Shown here: positions 26,185 through 35,290 of the stretch, piece by piece | Layout of the letters: every line of letters starts with the position of its first letter | How positions within the stretch are numbered: position 1 is the stretch's first letter | Assembly (NCBI GenBank): GCA_003220315.1 | Contig: QHSA01000133.1 | Coordinates: forward strand, 14,843 to 78,842 | Length of the DNA stretch: 64,000 nucleotides | Source of the DNA: Candidatus Rokuibacteriota bacterium | Lineage (GTDB): Bacteria; Methylomirabilota; Methylomirabilia; Rokubacteriales; CSP1-6 | Direction: 5' to 3' | Translations under genes and position numbers: made by a program | Notes under the pieces: generated by a model | Told to the model about the DNA's origin: nothing | Seen by the model: only the letters and a program-made list of their open reading frames with translations | The model's database searches: none

Positions 26185-27344
26185 CACGCGAACGCCTGAC
26201 CACGGTCCCAGTCGAGGTCGCGGTCGATCACGACGCGCAGGATCTCCGAGGTCCCGCCACCGGGCAAGAGGAAGCGCGCGTCACGGAAGTAGCGCTGGAT
26301 CGGGTACTCCATCGCGAGTCCGTACGAGGCGAAGATGCGCGCCGCCTCGTCCGTGACGCGCACCGCCATCTCCGACGCGAAGAGCTTCACCATCGCCGCC
26401 TCACGGGTGATCGCGCGTCCGGCGTCGAGCCGGGCCGCGGCCTGGTAGGTCATGAGCGTCGCCGCGTGGAGCCGGGTGAGCATGTCGGCGAGCTTGAAGC
26501 CGATCGCCTGGTGCTCGACGATCGGCTTCCCGAACGCGACCCGCTCCCGGGCGTAGGCGAGCGCGGCCGTGTACGCGGCGCGCGCGATCCCGACGGAGAT
26601 CGCCGCGGTCATCACCCGGATCTCCGAGAGGACGGACCCGATCTTCTCGACACCACCCGTTTCACCACCGAGGAGATACTCGGGAGGAACTTCCACGTCG
26701 TCGAGCCGGATCTCCCCCGTCACGGAACCACGCACCGCCATCTTGTCGATCGACTTCCCGAGCGCGATCCCGCGCATCGCCGAGCGGTCCAGGAGGAAGA
26801 GCGCGATGTTCTTCATGCCGCGCTCGGCAGAGGTCTTCGCCGCGACCGTCAGGACGTCGGCCACCGGCGCGTTGGTCACCCAGGTCTTGCCCCCGCGGAG
26901 CACCCAGCGGTCGCCGCGTCGCTCGGCGCGCGTGGTGATGTTGGCGACGTCGGAGCCGGCGCCGGGCTCGGTGAGCGCGAAGGTCGCGACCAGGTCGCCC
27001 CGGAGCGCGGGCACGAGGTACTTCCGGCGGAGCTCTTCGGTGCCGTACTTGTAGATGAAGTAGGTCCCCATCAGCGACTGCATGGCCACCGTCGCGGCCA
27101 CCGAGAGCGAGCCCCGGGCGAGCTCCTCGGCGAAGAGACAATAGGTGACCATGTCCGCGTCGGCGCCGCCGTACGCCGCCGGGTAGCGGAGACCGAGATA
27201 GCCGAGCTCGCCGAGGCGCTTGAACAGCGTCCACGGGAACTCCGCGCGCTCGTCGATCGCCTCTGCGGCCGGCACCACCTCGGCGTCGACGAGCCGCGCG
27301 ACCGCCTTGCGAAATTCTTCTTGCTCTGGCGTGAAGGCGATCAT
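26184..27344 (-). CDS. Acyl-CoA dehydrogenase
   Basis: ATG 27344 (MIAFTPEQEEF) overlapped by the TGA of the R1 mini-ORF; ACAD motifs throughout. Confidence 0.9.
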   Translation of the reverse strand: MIAFTPEQEEFRKAVARLVDAEVVPAAEAIDERAEFPWTLFKRLGELGYLGLRYPAAYGGADADMVTYCLFAEELARGSLSVAATVAMQSLMGTYFIYKYGTEELRRKYLVPALRGDLVATFALTEPGAGSDVANITTRAERRGDRWVLRGGKTWVTNAPVADVLTVAAKTSAERGMKNIALFLLDRSAMRGIALGKSIDKMAVRGSVTGEIRLDDVEVPPEYLLGGETGGVEKIGSVLSEIRVMTAAISVGIARAAYTAALAYARERVAFGKPIVEHQAIGFKLADMLTRLHAATLMTYQAAARLDAGRAITREAAMVKLFASEMAVRVTDEAARIFASYGLAMEYPIQRYFRDARFLLPGGGTSEILRVVIDRDLDWDRGQAFA

Positions 27345-27625
27345 TGTAACGGGGGCCGCGGGGCCGCCACACTCCGTGGGTGGCCTGAGACAAGGCGCGA
27401 CCCGGTTCCGTTCCGTAACGGGGGCCGCGGGGCCGCCACACTCCGTGGGTGGCCGTCGGACCGACCGCCCTTCGAGCGCGGGCTTCGCCCGCGCCACCGA
27501 TCCTGGGGGAGGCTCGGAGGGGGCCGTCGAGGCCCCCTTCGATGAGGTGGGGGGCCTGAGACGAGGTGCGACCCGGGCCCGTTCGGCACGCCGCCGCGTT
27601 TCATTCCACCGGGCGCGGCACTCAT
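27341..27625 (-). repeat. R1-family element (two units, the distal one carrying a nested R3) forming a 94-codon mini-ORF
   Basis: ATG 27625 overlaps the hyuB TGA (ATGA); the ORF reads through R1, R3 and R1 (…HLVSGPPPHRRGPRRPPPSLPQDRWRGRSPRSKGG…RLVSGHP…) to TGA 27341-27343, which overlaps the ACAD ATG 27344. Confidence 0.75.
27445..27556. mobile_element. R3 MITE-like element (92 bp) with 10-bp target duplication (GTGGGTGGCC / GTGGGGGGCC), nested in R1
   Basis: Insert 27455-27546; differs from the 20506-20597 copy at 3 positions, whereas the flanking R1 sequences differ extensively. Confidence 0.7.
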
Positions 27626-29427
27626 GACGTCTTCCGCTCCGCTCTCATCGCGCCGCGGAGCTCGCGCGTGGCGTGCTCGTCCACACGAAGGTCGACCCCC
27701 GTCCCCGCGATCACGACGCCGTAGTCCGCGCGCGCCGCCGCGATCGAGACGTAATCGTCCAGGACGTCCTCGAGCACGCGCCGGGGGTCGCGCTCGAGCG
27801 GGTCACCGTAGCCCCCGGCGCCGGGCTGCTGGAACGAGATGACGTCACCGAACGCGAACTCGCGAGAGGCCTTCCCGTGGACGAGCTGTTCGTCCGGGCC
27901 GGGATTGATCACCGTTCGGCCGAGCGTTCCCGGCCGGCCACCGAACAGGCCGTATGGCGCGAACGTCTGCCGGTCGGCGAGATTCGTGAGCTTGCCGTCG
28001 TCGGCGAGGAAGCGCATGTCGCGGCGGACGCCGCAGCCGCCCCGGAACTTCCCCGCGCCGGCGGAGTCACGGAGCAGCTCGAAGCGCTCGACGATGATCG
28101 GCAGGTTCGCCTCCTGCGCCTCGACGGGGATGTTCGAGGCGTTGAACGCCCACGCCATCGCCTCGCACCCGTCCCGCGTCGCGCGCGCGCCCGTGCCCGA
28201 GAGCACCAGCTCGTACGCGACGAAGCGGCGCCGACGCGCGCGGTCCGAGCCGCCGAAGGTCGGATTCGCCATGTGCGACGCGGCCGCCGCCACTCGGTCG
28301 GGCACCGCCCGCGCGAGCGCGCCGATCACCGACTCGAACGTGCGGTAGCAGATGATCGCGCGCGGCCCCCCGCCCGCCGGCGGCCGCGGGTTGAGGAACG
28401 ACCCCTCGGGCGCCGTCACGGTGATGGGGCGCAGCGCGCCGTCGTTCATCGGGCCGAACGGGTCGGTCAGGCACTTGACCGCGGCATACGAGTAGGAGCG
28501 CGTGTAGTTGATGTAGGAGTTCATGCCCGACGCGGTCTGCGGGCTCGAGCCCCCATAGTCGATCACCATGCCGTCGCCCGCGACCGTCACCGCGACGGCC
28601 ACGCGGAGCGGCGCGGTCCCCGGCCCCGAGTCGTCCATGAAGTCCTCGAACGTGTAGACGCCGTCCGGGACGGCCCGGATCGCGGCGCGCATGTTCGCCT
28701 CGGTCCGCTCGATGATCTCGTCCATCGCGCGGACGAGCAGGTCGCGGCCGTAGCGCGCGCCGAGCTCTTGGAGTCTCAGCTCCCCGACGCGCAACGCGCT
28801 CCGCTGGGCGCGCAGGTCGCCGAGGACCTTCTCGGGCGTGCGCGTGTTCGCGGCGATGATCCCGACGATCCCAGCGTCCTCCTCGTACGCCCTCCACACC
28901 TTGGTCGGCGGGATACGGAGCCCTTCCTGGAAGTAGTCGAAGATGCCCTCGACGCCCTGGCTGCCGGGGCGCTGGCCGCCGACGTCGGTGTGGTGGAGGA
29001 TGTTCACCGCGAAACCGACCAGCTGACCCTCGTGGAACGCGGGCTGCGTGACGAAGAAGTCCGGCAGGTGCCCCGAGCCGAGCAGCGGATCGTTCATGAG
29101 AATGGCATCGCCCGGACGCAGCGACTCGACGGGGTGCGCGGCGAGCGCGTTCTTGACGGCGACGGACATGGCCCCCATGTGCCCGGGACTGTACGGCCCC
29201 TGAGCGACCATGCGCCCCTCGGGGTCGAAGACCGCCACGGAGAAGTCCTGGCCCTCACGCGCCTGCTCGGAGTAGGCGGTCTTATGGACCGTCGTCCCGA
29301 TCTCGACCGCGATCGACTGGAGCGCGCCCCAGATGACGCCGAGGGTGATCGGGTCCGTTGTCGCGGAGGCGGCGAGGCCGGCGCACTCCGTAGGTGGCGT
29401 GCTGTGGGTGCGGTCTGGCTCCGTCAT
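27622..29427 (-). CDS. hyuB: Hydantoinase B / 5-oxoprolinase subunit (HyuB family)
   Basis: 601 aa from ATG 29427 (ATGA overlap with hyuA); DPITLGVIWGALQSI... HyuB N-terminal motif. The first ~20 codons (MTEPDRTHSTPPTECAGLAAS) are encoded by a partial R1 unit. Confidence 0.85.
   Translation of the reverse strand: MTEPDRTHSTPPTECAGLAASATTDPITLGVIWGALQSIAVEIGTTVHKTAYSEQAREGQDFSVAVFDPEGRMVAQGPYSPGHMGAMSVAVKNALAAHPVESLRPGDAILMNDPLLGSGHLPDFFVTQPAFHEGQLVGFAVNILHHTDVGGQRPGSQGVEGIFDYFQEGLRIPPTKVWRAYEEDAGIVGIIAANTRTPEKVLGDLRAQRSALRVGELRLQELGARYGRDLLVRAMDEIIERTEANMRAAIRAVPDGVYTFEDFMDDSGPGTAPLRVAVAVTVAGDGMVIDYGGSSPQTASGMNSYINYTRSYSYAAVKCLTDPFGPMNDGALRPITVTAPEGSFLNPRPPAGGGPRAIICYRTFESVIGALARAVPDRVAAAASHMANPTFGGSDRARRRRFVAYELVLSGTGARATRDGCEAMAWAFNASNIPVEAQEANLPIIVERFELLRDSAGAGKFRGGCGVRRDMRFLADDGKLTNLADRQTFAPYGLFGGRPGTLGRTVINPGPDEQLVHGKASREFAFGDVISFQQPGAGGYGDPLERDPRRVLEDVLDDYVSIAAARADYGVVIAGTGVDLRVDEHATRELRGAMRAERKTS
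29381..29427 (-). repeat. Partial R1 unit fused to the 5' end of hyuB
   Basis: GCCGGCGCACTCCGTAGGTGGC... encodes the PPTECAGLAA peptide shared with other R1 frames; ends with ...CATTCCA at the hyuA stop. Confidence 0.6.
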
Positions 29428-31487
29428 TCCAACTCCACCAGGAGACTCGCGTACTCGTCCACAGCCGCCGAGGCGCCGGGCGGAAGGACGGTCGTGGACT
29501 CGCGCTCCTCCACGATCGCCGGCCCCGTGAGGCGCGCCCCTGCCGCGAGCGCGTAGCGGTCGTAGACCGGCGTGTCCACGTAGCCGCGCGCCTCGGGAAA
29601 GTAGGCGCGACGGCTCCCCTTCACCGCGCGGCCACGGTCCTCGGTCTGCGCCTTCGCGAGCGCGATGCGGGGCGAGCCGCCGACCGCCGAGAGCTTCCAC
29701 GTGACGACCTCCACGGGCTCGCGCGGGTTCGCATAGCCGTAGCGGGCGGCGTAGACCTCGTCGAACGTCGCGCGCACCCGGGCGAGCGCGGCGGCGTCGA
29801 GCTCGCCCGACGGCACGGGAACGGTCAGCTCGTACCCCTGGCCCACGTAGCGCGCGTCGGCCGAGCGCGCCACGTGGATCTCACCGGCGACGGCGGACTC
29901 GCGGACGACCTCCGTCGCCTGCCGCGCCATCTCCGCGTACATCCGACCGAGCTGCGCGAGATCCACGGCGTCGAGCCGGCGGACGTAAGTGCGCGCCACG
30001 TCGAACCGGAGCTCCGCGGCCAGCAGGCCGATCGCGGCCGTGACCCCGGCGGCCGCGGGGAGAATCACGCGCGGGATGCCGAGCGCCTGGGCGAGTCGGC
30101 AGCCGTGCACGGGGCCCGAGCCGCCGAAGGCGACGAACGTGAGGTCGCGCGGGTCGCGGCCGCGCTCGATCGAGACCACGCGGGTCGCCAGCTCCATGTT
30201 GGTGGTGACGATCGCGTGGATCCCCCACGCCGCGTCCTCGAGCGACAGGCCGAGCGGCGCCGCGACCTTCGTCTCGATCGCCCGCGTCGCCGCCGCCGGC
30301 TCGAGCTTGACCGAGCCGCCCGCGAAGTAGTCGGGGTTGATATAGCCGAGCACCACGTTCGCGTCGGTGACCGTGGGCTCGACACCACCGCGCCCGTAGC
30401 AGACGGGCCCCGGCACCGACGAGGCGCTCTCCGGGCCCACGGCGATCACGCCGAGCCGCGCGCGGGCGATCGAGCCGCCGCCCGCACCGATCTCGACGAG
30501 GTCGATCGCCTGAATGTTCATCGGCAGGCCGCTGCCCGGGGCGTTGTTGACGCGGTGGAGCTCGAACGCCGTCGTCGTGGAGGGCCGCCCGCGCTCGACG
30601 AGTGCGAGCTTGGCGGTCGTGCCCCCCATGTCGAACGCGATCAGGTCGCGGTGGCCGGTGAGCTCGCCGTACGCCGCCGCCATCAGGGCGCCCGCGGCGG
30701 GACCCGACTCGATCATCCGCACGGGGTAGCGCTGCATCGCCTCCGCCGTCGCGACGCCGCCGGAGGACTGCATGACGAAGAGCCGGCCCCGGTAGCCGCG
30801 CTCGGCCAGGGCGGCGGCGAGCCCGCGCAGGTACTCGCGCACGGCCGTCATCACGTAAGCGTTGACCACGGTCGTCGAGGTCCGCTCGTATTCGCGGAAG
30901 GTCGGCGACACCTCGTGCGACATCGTCACCGTCACGTGCGGAGCCTCTTCTCCGACGATCTCCGCCAGGCGCCGCTCGTGGAGGGGGTTCAGGTACGCGT
31001 GCAGGAGGCAGATCGCGAGGGTCGTGACCTCGCGCGCGACGAGCTCGCGGACGGCCCGACGGGCGTCGGCCTCGTCGAGCGGGCTCCGCACCGAGCCGTC
31101 CGCCAGGACGCGCTCGGTCACCTCGCCGATCAACCGGCGAGGGATCAGCGGCGCGGGCTTCTCGATCTGGAGGTCGTAGACCTGGTAGCGCTTCTCGCGC
31201 CCGATCAGGAGCACGTCGCGGAAGCCCCGCGTGGTGAGGAGCCCGACGCCTCGCGCCTTGCGCTCGATGACGACATTGGAGCCGAGTGTCGTCCCGTGGA
31301 CCGCCTGGGCCACGTCGCGCCACGTGACACCGCTCCGGGCGACGAGCTCGTCGAGCCCCGCGAGGCAGGCCTCGGAGGGGTCCGGGTAGGTCGTCAGCCG
31401 CTTCGCGATGAGGAGCTCCCCCGACGGCGACTGCAGCACCAAGTCGGTGAACGTCCCCCCGACGTCGAACCCGATCCGGTAGGGCAT
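29424..31487 (-). CDS. hyuA: Hydantoinase A / 5-oxoprolinase subunit (HyuA family)
   Basis: 687 aa; MPYRIGFDVGGTFTD N-terminus; ATG 31487 overlaps the TAA of the R1 mini-ORF (TAATG). Confidence 0.9.
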   Translation of the reverse strand: MPYRIGFDVGGTFTDLVLQSPSGELLIAKRLTTYPDPSEACLAGLDELVARSGVTWRDVAQAVHGTTLGSNVVIERKARGVGLLTTRGFRDVLLIGREKRYQVYDLQIEKPAPLIPRRLIGEVTERVLADGSVRSPLDEADARRAVRELVAREVTTLAICLLHAYLNPLHERRLAEIVGEEAPHVTVTMSHEVSPTFREYERTSTTVVNAYVMTAVREYLRGLAAALAERGYRGRLFVMQSSGGVATAEAMQRYPVRMIESGPAAGALMAAAYGELTGHRDLIAFDMGGTTAKLALVERGRPSTTTAFELHRVNNAPGSGLPMNIQAIDLVEIGAGGGSIARARLGVIAVGPESASSVPGPVCYGRGGVEPTVTDANVVLGYINPDYFAGGSVKLEPAAATRAIETKVAAPLGLSLEDAAWGIHAIVTTNMELATRVVSIERGRDPRDLTFVAFGGSGPVHGCRLAQALGIPRVILPAAAGVTAAIGLLAAELRFDVARTYVRRLDAVDLAQLGRMYAEMARQATEVVRESAVAGEIHVARSADARYVGQGYELTVPVPSGELDAAALARVRATFDEVYAARYGYANPREPVEVVTWKLSAVGGSPRIALAKAQTEDRGRAVKGSRRAYFPEARGYVDTPVYDRYALAAGARLTGPAIVEERESTTVLPPGASAAVDEYASLLVELE

Positions 31488-31567
31488 TATTGGTGGCCTG
31501 AGACGAGGTGCGCCCCGGCTCCGTTCCGCCCGCCGCTTCCCATTCCAGCGAGCCGCAAGGCCGGCAT
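31487..31567 (-). repeat. Single R1 unit forming a 26-codon mini-ORF between the GntR gene and hyuA
   Basis: ATG 31567 lies 1 nt after the GntR TAG (31569-31571); MPALRLAGMGSGGRNGAGAHLVSGHQ-TAA, with the TAA overlapping the hyuA ATG. Confidence 0.65.
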
Positions 31568-31568
31568 G

Positions 31569-32294
31569 CTAGCTCCGGCGTTCGGCTCGGGAGAGGACGA
31601 GACGATAGGGGTAGCGCCGGGGCGTCTGGTAGGTCATCGCGTACTCGACCGGCTCACCACTCGCCGCAAAGTACGTGCGCTCGAAGAGGAGCAGTGGCGT
31701 GCGCGGCCGCACCTGGAGCAGCTCGGCGATCTGCCGCGGCGCGAGGGCCGCGTCGACCACCTGCTCCATGAGCTTGATCGGCACGCCGAGCACGCGCTCG
31801 ATCGCGCCGATGAGCGAGGTCTTCGAGAGGTCCTCGTCGGAGAGCGCCGTGCCGATCGTGAGCGGCACGTACGCGGTCACGTGCTGGAAGGGTCCGTTGT
31901 CCGCGTGGCGGACGCCGCTGATCTGGTAGACCGACGAGCGCGGCGGCAGACGCAGCGCGTGCGCGATGTTTGCCGGGACCGGGACGATCTCGCGCGCCAC
32001 CAGCTTGAACCACGACTCGTCGCCGAGCGCCATCATGTCGCCGACCGAGCCGATCACGCGGAGCTTCGGGTCGGCTCCCGCCGACGGCGTCGAGAAGGTC
32101 CCGCGCCCGGCGTGACGGTAGAGGAGCCCCTCCTCCACGAGGACGTCGAGCGCCTGCCGGATGGTCGGCCGGCTGACCTTGAAGCGCTTGCAGAGCGCGT
32201 GCTCGGAGGGGATGCGCTCGCCCTCCCCGCGCAGATCCTGGCGGATCGCGTCGGCGATCTGGAGGTACCGGGGAATCCCTGGACGGTAGTTCAC
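31569..32294 (-). CDS. GntR-family transcriptional regulator (HutC/UTRA subfamily)
   Basis: N-terminal wHTH (RIPSEHALCKRFKVSRPTIRQALDVLVEEGLL) followed by a UTRA effector domain. Confidence 0.9.
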   Translation of the reverse strand: MNYRPGIPRYLQIADAIRQDLRGEGERIPSEHALCKRFKVSRPTIRQALDVLVEEGLLYRHAGRGTFSTPSAGADPKLRVIGSVGDMMALGDESWFKLVAREIVPVPANIAHALRLPPRSSVYQISGVRHADNGPFQHVTAYVPLTIGTALSDEDLSKTSLIGAIERVLGVPIKLMEQVVDAALAPRQIAELLQVRPRTPLLLFERTYFAASGEPVEYAMTYQTPRRYPYRLVLSRAERRS

Positions 32295-32317
32295 GCGCCG
32301 AACCTCCCGCTGTCAGG

Positions 32318-32329
32318 ATGTCTAGACAT
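32318..32329. promoter_or_regulatory. Perfect 12-bp palindrome ATGTCTAGACAT (candidate GntR/HutC operator)
   Basis: Located 24 bp upstream of the GntR start codon; matches the GT-N-TA-N-AC logic of HutC-subfamily operators. Confidence 0.5.
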
Positions 32330-32382
32330 CTAGCACCCCGCCTCTACGTCGTCAACGACCGAGACGGATGCCACCGTGCGGA

Positions 32383-33012
32383 TCACCCACACGCGAGCAT
32401 CGCGCGCACCTCGTCGTCCGGCACGGGCGAGAAGTCGAGGTAGTACTGCCCGACGGCCTGGAACTCCGGGTCGACGACGAGGCTCACGAAGCGATCGGCG
32501 GCGCGCTCGAATTCTCCCGCGGCCTGCGCGGAGGCGCAGGGCACCGCCACGGTAACGTCGCGCGCCCCGTGTCGGCGCGCGTACGCGAGGGCGACGCGCA
32601 TCGTGAGGCCAGTGGCGAGGCCGTCGTCCACCAGCACCACGCCGGGGCCCGGGAGGTGGGCGCCGAGGGACCGCGCGCCGTACGCCGCCATCCGGCGCTG
32701 GATCTCTCCGCGCACCCGGGCCTTCGCCTGCTCCACCTCCGCCGGCGAGAGCCCGAGCATCGCGACCGACTCGGCCTTGACGTACGCCTCGCCGTCCTCG
32801 TCGAGCGCGCCGAAGGCGAACTCGGGCGCGACCGCCGCGGTCAGCTTGCCCGCGTAAACGAGCGCGAGCGGCGCGCGGAACCGCTCGACAAGGGGCAGGG
32901 CGACCGTCACGCCGCCCCGCGGGATCGCGCCGACGACGAAGGGCGGCGCCGGCGTCGGGACCAGCGCGTCGGCGAGCGCTCGCCCGGCGTCGGCCCGGTC
33001 CCGGAAGGTCAT
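32383..33012 (-). CDS. Phosphoribosyltransferase-domain protein
   Basis: 209 aa; PRTase type-I motif (VVLVDDGLATGLTM). Confidence 0.75.
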   Translation of the reverse strand: MTFRDRADAGRALADALVPTPAPPFVVGAIPRGGVTVALPLVERFRAPLALVYAGKLTAAVAPEFAFGALDEDGEAYVKAESVAMLGLSPAEVEQAKARVRGEIQRRMAAYGARSLGAHLPGPGVVLVDDGLATGLTMRVALAYARRHGARDVTVAVPCASAQAAGEFERAADRFVSLVVDPEFQAVGQYYLDFSPVPDDEVRAMLACG

Positions 33013-33051
33013 GGCGCCTCGGCGTTCATCGGCTCGCTTCGGACGGCGGGG

Positions 33052-34200
33052 CTAGGCGCGCACCAGCTCGCGCGCGATCACGACCCGCTGGATCTGGTTC
33101 GTGCCCTCGTAGATCTGCGTGATCTTGGCGTCGCGCATGAAGCGCTCGACGGGATACTCGCGCGTGTAGCCGTAGCCGCCGAAGATCTGCACGGCGTCCG
33201 TCGTGACCCGCATCGCCGCGTCGCCCGCGAAGCACTTGGCCATCGACGACTCGAACGCCGTGCGGGGAGCGCCGCGGTCCAGGAGCGCTGCGGCGTGGTG
33301 GACCATGAGGCGCGCCCCGTGCGTCTGCATCGCCATGTCCGCGAGCATGAACTGAATCCCCTGGAAGGCCGCGATCGGCTGGCCGAACTGCTGCCGCTCT
33401 TTGGCGTAGGCGACGGCGGCGTCGAGCGCGGCCTGGGCGATCCCCACGGCCTGGGCGCCCACGGCCGGGCGCGAGCCGTCCAGGACGCGCAGCGCGATCC
33501 TGAACCCCTCGCCCTCGTCGCCGAGACGGTTCTCGACGGGCACCTCGCAGTCGCTCAGATGGAGCGCAACCGTCGGGGACCCGCGAATCCCCAGCTTGCG
33601 CTCGAGCTTGCCGAGGGCGAACCCGGGGAACGTCGGCTCGACCAGGAACGCGGTGACCCCGCGGTGGCCCTTGCCGCGGTCCACGGTGGCGAAGAGGGTG
33701 ATGACGCCGGCGTGACTGCCGTTCGTGACCCACATCTTGGTCCCGTTGAGAAGGTAGCGGTCGCCCCGGCGCACGGCGGTCGTCGTGAGCGCGCCGGCGT
33801 CGGACCCGGCGCCAGGCTCCGAGAGGGAGAACGCCGCGGTGATCTCGCCCGCAGCGAGCCGCGGCAGGTAGCGCCGCTTCTGCGCCTCGCTGCCTGCCGT
33901 GACGATCGGGAACCCGCCGGTGTACTGGACGAGATAGATGACGGCGGTGGACGCACACGCCCAGGCAATCTCCTCGACCGCCAGGCAGAAGGCGAGCGCG
34001 CCGAGCCCGGCGCCGCCGTAGGCCTCGGGGATGTAGAGCCCCATGAGCCCCTGCTCGCCGAGTGACGTGAGCTGGTCGGTCGGATACGTCTCCGTCTCGT
34101 CCACCTGCGCGGCGAGTGGCGCGACCCGTTCGCGGGCGAGAGCCCGGACGAGGTCGCGCACCTGGCGCTGCTCGGCGGTCAGATCGAAGAGGTCGCGCAT
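33052..34200 (-). CDS. Acyl-CoA dehydrogenase
   Basis: Start ATG 34200 ([14 protein letters not shown]); about 65% identical to the ACAD at 2148-3296. Confidence 0.9.
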   Translation of the reverse strand: MRDLFDLTAEQRQVRDLVRALARERVAPLAAQVDETETYPTDQLTSLGEQGLMGLYIPEAYGGAGLGALAFCLAVEEIAWACASTAVIYLVQYTGGFPIVTAGSEAQKRRYLPRLAAGEITAAFSLSEPGAGSDAGALTTTAVRRGDRYLLNGTKMWVTNGSHAGVITLFATVDRGKGHRGVTAFLVEPTFPGFALGKLERKLGIRGSPTVALHLSDCEVPVENRLGDEGEGFRIALRVLDGSRPAVGAQAVGIAQAALDAAVAYAKERQQFGQPIAAFQGIQFMLADMAMQTHGARLMVHHAAALLDRGAPRTAFESSMAKCFAGDAAMRVTTDAVQIFGGYGYTREYPVERFMRDAKITQIYEGTNQIQRVVIARELVRA

Positions 34201-34361
34201 TCCGGAAGCATTATCGGCCACACCGGGCCCGCTGACAATTCTCGTCACGCCGGCCGTGTAACTTTGGGTCATGCGCGAGGCGGCCGGTGCGGCGCCCTCG
34301 GGCAAGTGCTTGAGTTCCCGAACCCCCCATCGTTGGCACCGGCCGTGCATTTTTCGCTGAC

Positions 34362-35162
34362 GTGAAATCAGACGCGAAGGTCATCGTGGTCATGCCCGCG
34401 TACAACGCGGGCCGCACCCTTCGGATGACGTACGAGGAGCTGCCCAAGGACGCCGTCAGCATGGTGATCCTCGTGGACGACGGCTCGACCGACGCGACGC
34501 TCGAGATCGCCCGGCAGCTCGGGCTGGAGATCTTCGTCCACAACCGGAATTACGGCTACGGCGCCAACCAGAAGACCTGCTACGCGGAAGCGCTCCGCGC
34601 CGGAGCCGACGTCGTCGTCATGGTTCACCCCGACTATCAGTACGACCCGCGGCTCGTCCCTCAGATCATCGAGCCGATCCTCCGCGGCGAGGCCGACGTG
34701 GTGCTGGGCTCACGGCTCAAGACGGGCTCGGCGCTCCGGCAGGGGATGCCGTGGTGGAAGTACGTCTCGAACCGCTTCCTCACGGCGCTCGAGAACCGGG
34801 CGTTCCGCCTCCGGCTCTCGGAGTTCCACACCGGATACCGCGCGTTTCGCCGCGAGGTGCTCGAGCGCGTGAACTTCGTCCTGAACTCCGACGGCTTCGT
34901 CTTCGACCAGGAGATCATCGCGCAGGTCGTGGCCGCGCGCTTCCGGATCGCCGAGATCGCGGTCCCGACGCGCTATTTTCCCGAGGCGTCGTCGGCGAGC
35001 TTCTGGGCGTCGATCACGTACGGGCTCTCCATCCTCGTCCTGCTCGCGCGCTACGTCCTCCACCGTCGAGAGCTCCTGCGGACCCGCCGCTTCGACAGCC
35101 TCCGTGGCCGCTACACGCGCCTCGCGCCGCCGGAGCGCGTCGCGGCCCGCGCGCGCTCTTGA
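34362..35162 (+). CDS. Family-2 glycosyltransferase (dolichyl-phosphate mannosyltransferase-like)
   Basis: [11 protein letters not shown]...VDDGSTD...DAD; GT-A fold motifs with a C-terminal TM helix; GTG start. Confidence 0.85.
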   Translation: MKSDAKVIVVMPAYNAGRTLRMTYEELPKDAVSMVILVDDGSTDATLEIARQLGLEIFVHNRNYGYGANQKTCYAEALRAGADVVVMVHPDYQYDPRLVPQIIEPILRGEADVVLGSRLKTGSALRQGMPWWKYVSNRFLTALENRAFRLRLSEFHTGYRAFRREVLERVNFVLNSDGFVFDQEIIAQVVAARFRIAEIAVPTRYFPEASSASFWASITYGLSILVLLARYVLHRRELLRTRRFDSLRGRYTRLAPPERVAARARS

Positions 35163-35290
35163 CGATCCCCCGCCCCTAGACGATCATCGGGCGTCGCTCG
35201 GTCGTCCCACCCGACGCGGAGCCCGTGCACCTCCGGCAGGCCACCTGCCGTGGAGGTGGGCACCCGGCCCCCGCGACAAGGAGACGCGCC

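Noticed and set aside
34320-34345. Sigma-54-like TGGCAC-N5-GTGCA motif upstream of the glycosyltransferase gene
   Set aside because: GG-N10-GC spacing matches, but the -12 element is GTGCA, not TTGC, and no enhancer-binding protein is nearby, so the call is too weak.
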